This document shows positions 15,001 to 27,595 of a stretch of 64,000 nucleotides of DNA, piece after piece (the first letter of the stretch is position 1; each line of letters opens with the position of its first letter). Below the pieces are notes generated by a model, which saw nothing but the letters and a program-made list of their open reading frames with translations, was not told the DNA's origin and searched no databases. The translations under genes were made by a program, and so were the position numbers. This DNA is from Phoronis australis (Eukaryota; Animalia; Phoronida): contig NMRA01000351.1 of assembly GCA_002633005.1 (NCBI GenBank), positions 297,258-361,257 of the forward strand, written 5' to 3'.

Positions 15001-18000
15001 ACAGTTTCACATAAAAGTAAATAATTACTATTTTCAGAAACCAAGGGTGTATATAATGAGTATTGCATAAAACTGTGTCTTTATTTTTTATCCCTAGCCA
15101 TAACAATTCTTTAAACGCATCACTTGTCTGTAAAATATACAAGTTTTTTGAGACAACTTCAAACCTTTGTTACCCATTTTCAAGCCTTTTTAATTTTGAT
15201 ACTTTCAGCAATTTTAAACTCAGATTACAGGTTCAAGGGTCTGTCAAGCATACTTCTAGCCTAAGGTTGAGGGAACCGTTTTTCTTCTTATAGAAGATAT
15301 GAAGACTTGAGTCATTTAAAAATGATGGATATTCTTTCTGTTGTTTAAGAGTAATTACAAATCGTAAGGCACCATCAAAAATGCAATTTTCACAAAAATG
15401 GCAGTCATTTGAATTTATAACGACTTGCAACATTTCAAGGCATGAGTTAAGACTATTCAGTCACTGTGAATTCGGAAAATGTAATATATTTTCGTGGTTT
15501 TACAATTGATACAAGTAGCAAAACAGTTTCATGAAATCAACTTGAAGGGACTTCGTGAAGGTTAAGAATTACCTCACCATGCTCTTTTCCCCAAACATGT
15601 ATTACCTGTTATTTCCACACATTCAGTTGTACCAAATATTACAACCCCCCATGCCAATCCCCCCTCGGGACCTGAATAAGTAATTTAACAAAATGACTTT
15701 AAAAATAGCTGTTCCTTTTCAAAGGCTTTGTTCGTTGTCTCCAATATTGAAAGTAGGCTTTGACAACAGATCTGCACTGGATGGGAAGATCTTGTTGGTT
15801 AGCTGCAGTCAAATGCTAAAAACCAATTTTTGTCCATTCAGGGACGGTGCAGAAGCGATGCATATCTCCTCTGCACGGTACAAGCCTTCAAACCTAAAAA
15901 CCAAAGGTTACGTGAAAACTGACGTGATAGATTTCCATTTCAACGTGTAATAGATTTCCAGAAGACATATGATAGGGAGTAAACAAATAGTCTAATGCAA
16001 TGGATATTTATCACTCACGTACCCTTTGCCATTGGGATTGGATTGTAATCTTAACTCATTAACCTGTATCGAGTTGACAGCATAAACATTCAGCATTGAT
16101 TGATGTAACTGTCACTGATAAACTTTTAGAAATCATTCCAAACAATAATAATGCTTTGATGTACGAAAAGATTCCGATTACTACGTCAAGTATCGTATCA
16201 CATATCACAACATACAAAGATTAACCAGACTCTGACTGGCGACTGACTGCCGCGAAGTCGACATCGGCGAGTGCCTCAGTTAACATGCATCGGTAGAATA
16301 ATCATGGCGGAATAATCGTTAAAATAATCACAAACCTTACCTTTGTATGAGGTCGTGCTTACTTCCTCTCATAGAAGCACTCTTTTTACACAATCTCAGA
16401 TTCAGTTGGCACGGCTGCAAGCCATTTCACCATGTATTTAAAGGGCTCGCGAAATCGAGGCTGTTAATCTATCACCACTAGTACACGCACGCCCTCTAGT
16501 TATTGTAGATTTTCCGAATAGCCCCATTGTCTTCTCAGCCAGGACCATAAACCCTTTGTTAAGCTGTGTTTACTAACACAGTCCACTAGGCTAACAAAGT
16601 ACTGCTTTTACTGAAGTTGCATGTCACTTTCAAGAGGCATATTTGTGTGTGAATGAAACCCATGATTCACAGGAGTCTCTAAAATTCTAAGCCACATGCA
16701 GACTAGTTCCCCCCTCCACTAAGCTCAAAATAAACTGACGCCGCAGGCTTGACAACTCAATAGCAGGTTTCCAAATAAGGAAATGGTTTCTTTCCAATAA
16801 CTGGCAATATTTTGGTTTGCATGAAGTGTACTTAGTCCTCATGACAGCTAGGGACGAGGCTAGAAGTAAAAATTATATATTTCAGCGTTTACAAACAACA
16901 TGGGATAGCATCCACCTGATATTTTCGTAGGCTCTTCGAATTATGTAAAACAAGTTCTGTCACGACAAAATCGGAATGTCTTTGAGAGGGGTATGCCTAT
17001 GTGCATAAACATTATTGGATCTATTTAACTTCAGCAAATGAGAATTTGGTATAGGCTGTACACGCCAGCATTACGGCGCGTTTTGTTTCTGGCTAATAAA
17101 CAGTGCCTACTATATGTGAAGATGTTAACTGTTCTCTCAAATATGTTTCAAGTCCCAGGCAGCGCTAATTAGGTCAAGCCGAGTAAACACCCGTCAAAGT
17201 CGAATTTATTTAATTAGTACCGTTGAATCTCGAAGCAATCAAATAACCCTGTTCGATCTAAATGAGTCCTCAACCCTAAACGAGAATCAAAGCAAGTTAT
17301 TTCAAACGTGATACAATACCTGACTTCGAAAATGTCAAACATATGAATTCCAGTTGAGGCTGTAAACATGCTTTCCCCAAAGGAACAATATTTATGATCG
17401 AAGTATGTCCCGAAAATACCATTGATGCACATCCGCCAACAGCCTGGTGACGCGTTGTAATTTCTAAGAACTTACTGCCACGGTTCCTTTTTGATTTTTC
17501 GCCCATACACAAAAATGGGAGCAAGTCCTCGTCATGTCGTCGGTATGTCTTCTGGAATCAGAATAATTTCAAATTCTGGTAAACTGTTGGACGATGACTA
17601 CGTGCAAAAAGGGAAAATGAAGTCAAAATGTTTTTGCCGTGACTCGATTCAAATCCCTTGTGCTCCCCGAGGCCACATCTTGTTTTTTCTTGGAAGGCTT
17701 GTCTGAGAGATCTCATTGAACGGTTTGTAGTACATGTAGTTTGATTATATTTTATGCGGAGATTGATAATTAATTGATCTTGTTGATTTTAAACAAATGA
17801 TCAGGTGGCTGAATTTATGTTTCAAGACGAGAAAAAAACACCAGACAAACGTTTTGCATAACATAAGTTTATGAATGTGCATATGAACGGACCGGGTTTC
17901 CTTTGTATTATGTAATGGCAGTATATGTATTGTTCATGATGTTGGCAATCTGATTTCAAAGGTGTTCAGCTCTGTCACCATCCTGTTCAGCGATGTGAAA

Positions 18001-21000
18001 GGCTTCACGACCATCTGCAGCAAAATAACTCCCATGCAAGTGGTCTCCATGTTAAATAACATGTACACGGTGTTTGATACATTGACAGAGAAGCACGGCG
18101 TGTATAAGGTATGAGCATTATTCAATGGATTATCCATCCTACCATCTTATCAATCTTATAAGGGAATAAAGCTTCACTTCTGTGCAACTTTTGATTGTAT
18201 CATTTAAAAATCCGTCTCAACTTGTTCCTTGTGTCATGGTCACACATCGGGGGATTCTCGGCCGTTCTCGCCGATTTAATTCTATGACCCAGATACCAGA
18301 CCCAGATTTTTCATCAGAACGGAATAGCAGCGGTTGATGTTTTTATGCTGACGGCCGGAAGATTTTCCTGATAATTGTCCAACTGCCGCTAACTCGTCGT
18401 CAGAAATGATTTTTAAACTTGTGAAGATCTGATCAGTCTATTATTTCACTCCATGATCAAATGCCTCGATAACCCATAAAGCCTCCGACGACGATCCGAT
18501 GAGTTTGCAGCAAAAAATGGCCATATAGATGGACGACCGCGTGATAATCGGGAAAGAATAGGCATCAAAAATCATCTGGTTGCTACCACTAATACGACGA
18601 AAAATCGCCCGATCATGGTACACAATGAGAAAGAAATCAATCGGCGAATCTTTAGACCATCTTCCTCAGTAGTAGTGTAGCCAAGGCATAGTTTGCCATG
18701 GCGGGTTGGTTTCAAAAGCCAAGGAAGTATGGATATTTTTCCAATTTAAAAAAGGATAAAAACAATGGTCTTGCTTTGAAAAACCAAACATGCCAGTTGA
18801 AAATTAGTATTTGTAAAAGCATATTATGGCTTATAACGACTAAGGATATCTCAAACCTTATTCACAAAAATGGCCGTTTTACACTATTTCGCTTATATGT
18901 GCAGCAAAATACCGTATCTTCATTCTCGGGGAACTTCAAATACAAAATATACATGTATACCGTGTCGCGGGAAAAACAACAGAACCACCTTGGAACCGAA
19001 CAACCGCGTGGAAATTTGTTTACTAATTATCCGTGGTCAAAGGTTACGGGGCTGTTACTCAAATCGAATCTCACGCCAGGCACAGATCGAGCAGCTCTGT
19101 ATGTACCCTCAGCTCTTTCATTCACCGAGTCGCCATAGTATTGTGTCAACGACGGGTACAAAAGGATAGAAAGATGCCCGGGAAAACGAAGGTATAACGT
19201 AACTTGACCCTGAGAGAGTTGTGTGTCCGCATTTTATACGACCGTTGAGAACGAATGTTACGAGTCGTCTCACGCCCCTGAGACTTTGTGTTCACGAACA
19301 CAGTTGTGAAAAGAGATAAATCCTCACACAAATTCCTTAATTTGGGTAATTTGACATTTCGCTATTTCGATCACATGCTCACGACGTGCTTTAACCACCG
19401 ACCTAATTTCTGTATCCATGTTGTACATAGGTTTCATATTAGTCTCCCAGCGCAAGTTGTGTGTAACAACGAAGTGTTGACCTACATTAAAGTGGACCAC
19501 AATGCACCAGCACGACCCACTTAGTATAGTGGCTCCAGTCGCCCTTGACCTAGTGCGACTCGTGCATTGGATATCGACTTTGTTTAAATTATACGTTTTT
19601 GTGATAATTATGCTAATTACTCAGTGCAAATTCGGATCCCATTGCTAGTTAATGCTGAAATAAATAATGAACGTACCTGTAGCTAAGGTCTGTATCGATT
19701 ATTTTGACAGAAAACAAGTTTTAACCGAATAAGTAACCGGAGATCTTGAGACGTCCACATATCGCAATTTAATCAGCTTTTTCTCGGTTTCGGCAAATCG
19801 ACCTAATTTGAACTTAGGAACACGAGTCCTCGAAAACAGCTTGGTGGATTTCGCTGAAACTTTCCAAACTTAATATTGATTCATCAATCTCAAAAACGAT
19901 TGTATGATTTTTGAAATAAAGGCCTAGTTTTTGAGTAACGTATATTTTACAAAAACATCTTACGTTTTGCAGTTGATTTGTAATAGAAACCAAACGAAAA
20001 GACTAATCGAAAACTTCTAACAGCGTTTGTGAGGTAACTGGTGAAGTTTTCATTTGAAAAAGGTTTCATTAAGATCGACCAAGGGGTTATTTTGCTATGA
20101 ATATACCTTTCTTAAAATTGAAATTATGACTTAAAAAGTTGTTAACGTACTGATAATGATAATGGTACATAAACATATTTTATATTCCCTAATCTTTTTT
20201 CTTTCAGAAAATATATACTTTTACTAGTTGACAAAGTCTAGTTTATTGATATACGAGTTAGAATGAAGGACTCTAAATAAGGTTTAAGATTCGAAAACAT
20301 TCACATTCAGGCGCATGGACATAAATACTGGTGCAGTACGGTTATGTATGTACATGTAACTGTTACTCTTCTTTATAAAACATTTACTATGTTACAGGTT
20401 GAAACAATCGGCGATGCCTACATGGTTGTGTCAGGAGCTCCTGTCTTGAATAACAACCACGCGCAGTGTATCGTTGAGATGGCATTCGACATGCTCAGTT
20501 CTATGCCAGGCTTAAAAGACCCTTCTACTGGCGGTCACATGAAAATTCGCGTTGGTAGGCACCTTTTACTAAATTAAACTAGAGTCCTGGGTAGACCATT
20601 TTCAGCAAGTGCACATCGTCACATAACTCCTCTTGGTCCTTTCAAGTTTTTTAACTGTGAGTGCAACACCACGGCTCAGTGTGTAAATAATAATGTACCT
20701 GACGTTTCAGTGTGATGACCACAGGCCAGCATTTGACAGAACACAATAAACATTTTCACTGACGTCACTGATTCCATTGGATTACGTGTACTTTCTGATT
20801 AATTTGCAATAGGTACTATTGTGTATGCGCCCATGTGAAAGCTGTGGACCCTCAGGATCTTGTATATTGAACCTGGGGATTCTTTTCCTCACGATGGGGA
20901 CTGATGTATGAGACTCAAAATCAGGTCACTGTATTACCTCGGCGACCGGGAAAACAGGCACCTAAGACTATAGGTAATGATGAAATTGCCGGAGAGCGAT

Positions 21001-24000
21001 CGGAGCTACTATATACTCACCAGCAAGTTCCAAATTAAGATTCATCAGGGAGGGTGTGAAGCATTTCACTAAAATGACGACGTTTTACAGAAAGTGTAAA
21101 CGAAAACTTAGTATGCAAAAACGCAGTCTTGGCTCTAAGCAAATATTTAATTGTTTGGAATTTCAGGACTCCATTCAGGGACTGTGGTTGCGGGCGTCGT
21201 TGGTCTCAAAATGCCAAGATACTGCCTATTTGGCGACACCGTCAATACGGCATCTCGAATGGAGTCTAGTGGAGAGGTAAGTAAATAGTCGTAATGTCTC
21301 ATTCTTGTGTAACTCAATGCGTTACGCTTGATTGTGATCAGCATGTGCACTCATCGCATCACTCGAGCAGAATACTGGCTTTGCTTTAGAAATTCGGCCT
21401 TTTTACGGTTACCTGTTACTTCTTCAATAGATTTGTATTAATCCCGTTCAGTCGTCAAGATGCCTGTTTGTCATGATATCTGAAGGTCCTATTGTGTGGA
21501 GTAGATCACCGCGTTATCGATGGCTTCACGACAATAAAATACTGGATAAATAAGTTGATATATCATGTACGAAAAGTGGTGATAATGCGTTAACTGTTTG
21601 GTTCCTGAAATTGAATTCCCAATAAAAGATAAATTAGCCAAAATAGAAGCTGATTAGACTCCTGTTCTCCGTTGATGAATGGTTTGATAAATCTTTGAAC
21701 AGTCGTAGATAACTGGCGTGCTTGTCGTGATGGCTGACAAAAGAGCGGGGGGGGCGCGCTTCAGAGCCATTCCACGAGAAAATCAAAATAAATTAATAAA
21801 CACTCCAGGGGTCTTTTTTCAGATTCAACTTAAACTTTGTATAAGCGATAGTGGTGTAGCTTTGATACACAAAATAACCAATTTTGCACTTATTGGCTTC
21901 TTATTTCTTTACCTATAGCTTTTCAAAAGTGTATGAAGAAAGTGACACGTTTTTGTATACGACAACTGCAATTTTCCAATACAAAAATCGGATAGATCGC
22001 ATGCAGTGAGAAAAAACACATAATGGGATTAGAAAGTGATAAATAAGGACTCCCAAGTAAAATTTATGCAAATACTTTAGTAGCATTCATCACCATGACG
22101 TGACAGGGGAGATAAATCTGGAGGCACTTTTTGTAGTGTTGAAAGAAGGTGTCGCTCAAATGCTTCTACAAGCCAGTTTGTGGGGCTGTAGACATTGAAA
22201 GATATGCCCATGCCCTTGCATTCTGCTAAAATAGTTGAACTTGTTTTGAAATCGTTTTTGCTTGAAAGTCAACTTCCAGGTATGATTATGTGTCACAATA
22301 CGACATAAATTGTGTTTGTGATCCATGTTTTGTAATTAGTCACGTTAGATCAAAGCAACAAAGTGTTAAAAATATTAATTTATTTAAAGTTATAAGCTGC
22401 ATTTGCATTCAGAAGTGTGAAGCTTACTAGAATCCTTCTGCCTGACTGCTTTACATTTTTATTATCATGCTTGTGATGGAACTCAGTTGCCATCAAGGGC
22501 GGTGCAGCACTGAAAAAAGTGGGGACTATAGCCCCCCATCTCCCCTGTGGTGCACCTCCCATAGACCATGGGCGCCGGAGCACTGAAAAAAAGTGCGCCG
22601 TTCGTAGCCATGGTAACAATTATGCATGATTTTTGTTCTGCATTTACAGGTATTGCTGAAAATTTCTTAAGTACATTCTTGTAAGTTATTTATCTCGGTG
22701 AAATGCTGTTAGGATCATGTTGGCTTACATATTAATTAATTCTGAGATCACTTCAGATTTACTTTGCTGTAGATGTAACCCTTAGCTACCATGAACGTTT
22801 GAAGTCCGTGTGTCCAACATTTATAAAAGATGGCATTTTTGATCTTTTGTGGGAGTGTGACAATCAATTTTGGGTGGAATCAATCAAACAATTAACATCC
22901 TGTAGATATGACAACTCTCAGACTGAAACGGCTCTGTATTTTATGTAATGATTGTCAGGTAATAAAGAGTGGACGTCACCGGGATACATCATCATGCACA
23001 GGTCAGACATATGAACGGTTTCCAAAATGCTAAAACTGTCTCTTATGTGGTGGGACAGGTTAGAATCATGTGAAAAATGCATTTTCCAGCGTTTCTTAGA
23101 TAGAAACATTTTGCCCAAATTTCATGAATTTTAACCAAAGAAACCTAGTTATTGAAGCTGCCACCGGGGAGCTTGCAGTAGCTGAATTATCTAAAAATTG
23201 ACGTCGACCGATTTCATCACCATAGAACCATATTTGCAAATATTACTGAAGCTTCTTTATGAGGTTGACGAGATGCAGCTGCATACTGCTTGTGGTCAAA
23301 GACAGTAAAATACGCAATTGTATGTCCTTTCTACCGGATGTTGCTTGAAAACGAACTAAAAGCCCATTTTTTATTATTTTATTTCCTTATTCAGACGGTA
23401 AACTGATAGAAAATATTGTTTAAAATCCCCATCAACCCGCAAACTGGAGCAAAAAGCACCTCTAAAATGGCTAAAAATCAAACAGTGTTACAAAAATTGG
23501 GCAAAATTTACCGAATTACGGCACTCCAATGAAGATTAATGCAAACCTCTGAAAATGGAAAGACTCTTTTGACAGAGAGGTTCAATGCCTACATAGAGAT
23601 TTTTTCTTTCCCTTCTTTTAAGCGTTTTGAAACTACTTCGCTAACTGAACCTTTATGAACCAAAAAGGAACTATTTTGGGCAAAAATATTTGTGATGCTC
23701 TAACTTGAGAAATAATGACCGCAAAAGTGAAATGAACATTCTAAATGTTACTCCTTTTAAATATTGTGAGAGCAAAAAACGTTTTACGCAAACAAAATGG
23801 CATGACTGGTGGAGCAAGTGTAAATTTGGTCTGTTGTACAGACAATCGGTGCCTAAAATTTATTCTCAGGAAATGCGAATCCCAGAAATTGTGGTTGCAC
23901 CTTTTCGGAGTGCATCTTTCTGCAGTCGATGACTTTTATTTACGATACCAGAAGCGGATTGAGGATTTTGAATTGGGGGGCAGGGCAGAGTATGAGCCAG

Positions 24001-26154
24001 GATTTTGCCCTTCAGACATTAGCACGCCTGTAGGCCTACTGCCAAATGGAATCTGGGAGAATTTTAGGGGGGGGCATGGCCCCTTGGCCACCCTCTAAAT
24101 CCGCCACTGGATACTGTCCTGTATTCATACAGTATGAATAATACACCGGTTAAATCGGCCAGATATGTGTTTATTGTACATGCATGTGCTTCAAGCACGC
24201 GGCTATTAAACATTACTGCAGAAACGAAATAGTTGCTGCTACGCCACTTGCAGGACAAGGCTAAAAATCGTTCATAGTCCGCCATTTTTCACTTTGTTGT
24301 AAAGCTAACCAATGACTGCTAAGGTTACATCAACCAAAGCTAAAGCGCGTCCTACTGCGTCATACCTGCGTACTGGCTAGGCACGCAAGGAAACCACCGA
24401 GCAGCCAAACAAGAATGAAGGACGTTGTTCACCAACCTATCGCCATCTAGTGGCAGAGCGTATTTCGGCTTGACGCCGTTATGACGAAAAATGGCGATTG
24501 AAATCATTGAGTCACATTTGCCACGGAGAAATTACAGGAAATTAGATTAATAAGAAACAATTTAAAATGTTGAAACACATAAACACATCAAATTGTGTAA
24601 CTTAACACGGTAAAAATTTGACCCCATAGTCTTGTTTTCGAGTTGTTCACCTGACTCTACGTGTAACTGCTAGTAGAAGCTGGTAATGAGACTAAAAACT
24701 AGTTGTTTAACAGCTTTGCTCACTTGTGTCTTACTGAACTGAAACACCATAACCTGCGATCCGAAACCGGACCGAAACTGAAAAGTTGTGAATCTGCTCT
24801 AGCCCTGCCCATGTCCAGCTATTGTCTTTGGCTTTACTCTCCCCGCCACCGCGAATTTTCTATTCCCTGGTCGTCAGTCATTCACGTGACAGACTTTTCA
24901 GACCCAATTAGAAATAAAATTGTTCCACCGGGGTGATTCGTGAACTGTCCGTGGTCGAATCCTTGATCAGACTTCAGTTTTCGCTATGAGGTGGAGGTGC
25001 ACCCTCAAGAACCGAGCATAGACTGATTATTCTATTGCTTTGCAATGAAACTTTTCTTGTTTCAGGCAATGAAAATACACATTAGTGAGACAACTATGGA
25101 ACTTTTGAAAAGTCATCCATATGAAGTAGAAGAGCGCGGAACAGTTGAAGTTAAGGTATTCTTAGTAAACATCTCCTTTATTTCTGTTAGGCAGAATCCA
25201 TGTCATAAATGACGGTAACAAATTATAAATCGAAGTTTAAACTTCAAATTGTTAGTATTCAAGAGTGGCGAAAGTTTTATTCAAACATTAAGGCCGTTAA
25301 CCTTACCTGTTTAGTATGCTTAAAATACTCTGCCTTTTATCGAGCATTGCTCATCTCTGCCATCATAGCGTAAAACTGCAACCACAGGGACTGCAGGTTC
25401 GATTCCGGGCTGATCTCAGAAAATTGCTGTTCTTGTCGGTTAGCCTGGCTTACAGACAAATATTGCATTAGTCCAAAAATAGCATACTTGGTTGTGGTCT
25501 GCGCCCACTCACTTTGAAACCTGCGCCTTGAAGAAAACAGGACAGGCCTTTACAGACCAATTTTTGCTGCTATCAAATGCAATGTGATTCTGAAGAAAAA
25601 GAAGAAGCCTGCCCATTTTAAAACTGGCATCAGTGACTTTTTTGAAAAAATCGACAACTAAAAATACCGCATATCATCTCATCAGTTACAAAAGCATATA
25701 ACACAGGCTAGAACCATTTAATGTCCAATGAGATTTTCTTGGGGTTACACGTACATGTAACTAACTGCATTACACTCGTTTGTCTGTAATTGCGACATTT
25801 TAGGGCAAAGGTTCGCTTATCACCTACTGGTTGTCCAGATCTGAGACTATGACTGACAAAAAGGAAACTGCTACAGTGAGACCATTACCTCGCAGTTCTG
25901 ATGGTCCCAGTCACCAACCTTCGACGCATAACCCGATACAGGCGAACGAAGCTAAGGAAATCTTGGACGTAGTCTCCGAAAAGAAAAGTGATAAGAAAAA
26001 TCAATCAATCATTTCAAAAGCCGTTGTGGATGGTAACGATAGTGTTAGTGTACCAAGTCCAGACCCAAAAAGTGCAAGTTCCAATCGACTTAGCTCGAGT
26101 CCGAAGAGGCAAACAAGCGGTAAAAGCAAAAGTGGGCTATGCAAGATTTTATGA
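90..26154 (+). CDS. Gyc88E: Atypical soluble guanylate cyclase, Gyc88E/beta-type (H-NOX - PAS/HNOBA - coiled coil - cyclase), ~713 aa, 11 exons
   Basis: Exons joined with GT-AG and matching phases: 90-723, 2894-3042, 11905-11992, 12486-12624, 13047-13176, 13338-13484, 17962-18108, 20398-20554, 21167-21276, 25066-25155, 25804-26154 (2142 nt, divisible by 3). Motifs: MYG start, LDNLHEY (proximal His104), [134 protein letters not shown]; ends KSGLCKIL*. Confidence 0.93.
1249..1420. mobile_element. Short MITE, copy 1 (TIR TTGACCTATCGC), in sGC intron 1
   Basis: TTGACCTATCGC at 1249-1260 and its reverse complement GCGATAGGTCAA at 1409-1420; a closely similar second copy follows. Confidence 0.7.
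1539..1712. mobile_element. Short MITE, copy 2 (direct repeat of 1249-1420)
   Basis: Shares the body sequence (caacgtgttgtttgt..ggtaaaatggcggcttggaaacgaaggtg); the right TIR is degenerate. Confidence 0.65.
3382..3611. mobile_element. MITE with CATG...CATG termini and 5-bp TSD ATATG (hAT5-like)
   Basis: Termini CATGGGCGCACCCAG and CTGGGTGCGCGCATG; ATATG at 3377-3381 and 3612-3616. Confidence 0.75.
3752..6496. mobile_element. 2.7-kb non-autonomous DNA transposon with 5-bp TSD ACACT
   Basis: TIR CAGGGCCGTAGGAAG at 3752 and CTTCCTACGGGCCTG ending at 6496; ACACT flanks both sides (3747-3751, 6497-6501); diverged internal duplication (~4880-5150 vs ~5225-5520); no transposase ORF. Confidence 0.72.
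5695..5904. mobile_element. MITE of the 3382-3611 family, inverted, nested in the 2.7-kb element; TSD CACGG
   Basis: Termini CATGCGCACACCCAG and CCAGGTGCGCGCATG; CACGG on both flanks. Confidence 0.72.
7766..7920. mobile_element. MITE with CAGGGGCGGAT...ATCCGCCACTG termini and 5-bp TSD GCTAC
   Basis: GCTAC at 7761-7765 and 7921-7925; related copies at 23949-24109 and ~39430-39512; contains an N gap. Confidence 0.75.
7930..11711 (+). mobile_element. Heavily decayed Ty3/Gypsy LTR retrotransposon, integrase upstream of RT-RNase H (Gmr1-like order)
   Basis: Frameshifted motif remnants on + strand: [13 protein letters not shown] (~9100-9140), [12 protein letters not shown] (~9260-9295), LFVVFSRLG (~9340), [11 protein letters not shown] (~9450-9480); then RT-like [17 protein letters not shown] (~10405-10500) and RNase H-end-like NSRLMR..QFHIEV (~11060-11120). 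Possible LTR TGTAAGGA (11168)...TCCTCACA (11711). Boundaries are approximate. Confidence 0.7.
16329..16528. repeat. ~200-bp dispersed repeat (transposon end), near-identical to 39228-39427
   Basis: cacaaaccttacctttgtatgaggtcgtgc...ttccgaatagccccatt occurs at both sites; the terminus AATGGGGCTATTCGGA recurs inverted at ~13987. Confidence 0.8.
23949..24109. mobile_element. MITE of the 7766-7920 family, 5-bp TSD GATAC
   Basis: CAGAAGCGGAT...AAATCCGCCACTG, with GATAC on both flanks. Confidence 0.75.
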
Positions 26155-27364
26155 TCTATTGGTTAATTGGAGACTATGTTGACACTGAACGAAATTTCAT
26201 TGGATTAACTATGTTGACCAAAACATGTTGCATAGTATCTCCACAAGTACCTCACGTAAGCACAAATCTTGAACTAGATGTTGATATCGTTAGCGCCTTG
26301 AGCGAGACTTGTAAGTTTGTGTTTGCACCCTGTGTGAGTTTGGGCATCTACAATACAATTCATGGCATTATTATCAAATTACAAGAGAGATATGGATTTC
26401 CAAAATATCATTCCTTCTACTATGAGCATGGTTTCTCGCATCAAATTTGTCTGTTGCGCTTGGCTTCAGGGCAATTGGAAACTAACCTTGCACACTCAAC
26501 AAACTAGGGATGTGCACCGTCACAGTACGCACAATGTATAGGTGTTGAAGCGTTTACACAAATGATGTACATTCACAAATATTTTAGATAGTGGATGACT
26601 GCAGTACAGTTGTACAGCAATTGTTCTTGTAATGTCTTCATTCAGGTAATCACTTCACGCATGCTCATGAACTGATGGAGTACTCCCAATGTATTGGTGG
26701 TAGAGTTCAGTAACACTAGTGTCTCGCTAAGGAAAGTAAGATCTCGCGAGATTCCGAGAGATGTCGCAGTGCATTTTCAATGAGAGCACATAATTTTGGC
26801 TATATTTTTCTCGCAGCGAGACATTTATTGAACCCCACCAAAATGTTAAAAAGAGAGGTTTTCTTCTGTAGCGCACCTGGCGAATATCGAGTCGATCCTT
26901 GTGTAAGTCCCGTGCATAAATTAGATATGTTGTACCGTGTAGTTATTGCCAGATGTGTGATGTCACTATATCTAGAGTTCAGTTTGTTAAATGTAGAGAC
27001 GGAACTCAATTGTGCACTCTAAATACATAGTTCCGCTCCAAAATCATGGATTCGCTTTAATTAGGTTCATTTCTTTCAAACATCATGTCTGCGGAACATG
27101 TTTCTCGAAAGCAGTTCTCGAATATTTCAGTTAGACATGTCTTTCATTGCAGATTTTTTTCAAAGTCGCGTAAAACGTTCTCATAAGTTCACGTGCCCAC
27201 GCACATCCCGGATTACAAATTCAGCCACTGTTTACTGGACATACATTTCCTATATGCGGACTTTCATGCAGGTTTTGTGAACCGACCCACACATCCAAAA
27301 CCGTAGTTGTTCTGGGAAACAAGCTTCTGGTTTTCAATCATTTGGTCCAAATAGGAATGGAGGA

Positions 27365-27595
27365 GAAAGGCTGTCCTAGTGGGGTAGGTTTCCGTTTCCT
27401 TCAGGCTACTCAAGATCGTGGGTTCGAGTCCCACTGGAGCACACTGCTGGTCTCTTGAGTTAGGTCTCCAGTTCTTCAGCTCGGTTTTAACTATTTATTA
27501 ATATAGCACAAAAGTGGTTCCAGGTGATCAGTACAATGGGCCCACCCGAGCGGCTTTGTGCACCTCTGGTACTACGTCTGTAATTATTTTTAAAT
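27365..27595 (+). mobile_element. tRNA-derived SINE (pol III head)
   Basis: A-box-like CCTAGTGGGGTAGG at ~27375; T-arm GTGGG-TTCGAGT-CCCAC containing B box GGTTCGAGTCC at 27418-27434; no complete cloverleaf; non-tRNA body and AT-rich tail follow. Confidence 0.5.

Noticed and set aside
25385-25415. GGTTCGATTCC B box
   Set aside because: Isolated with an imperfect stem; at most a SINE remnant.
26139-26507. 122-aa ORF overlapping the sGC stop, or stop-codon readthrough
   Set aside because: The ORF is in a different frame with no homology; an in-frame TAA follows shortly after the TGA, and readthrough would destroy the CaaX.
27369-27440. Possible tRNA gene
   Set aside because: Only the T-arm/B box is good; there is no acceptor or anticodon stem, so it is treated as a SINE head.
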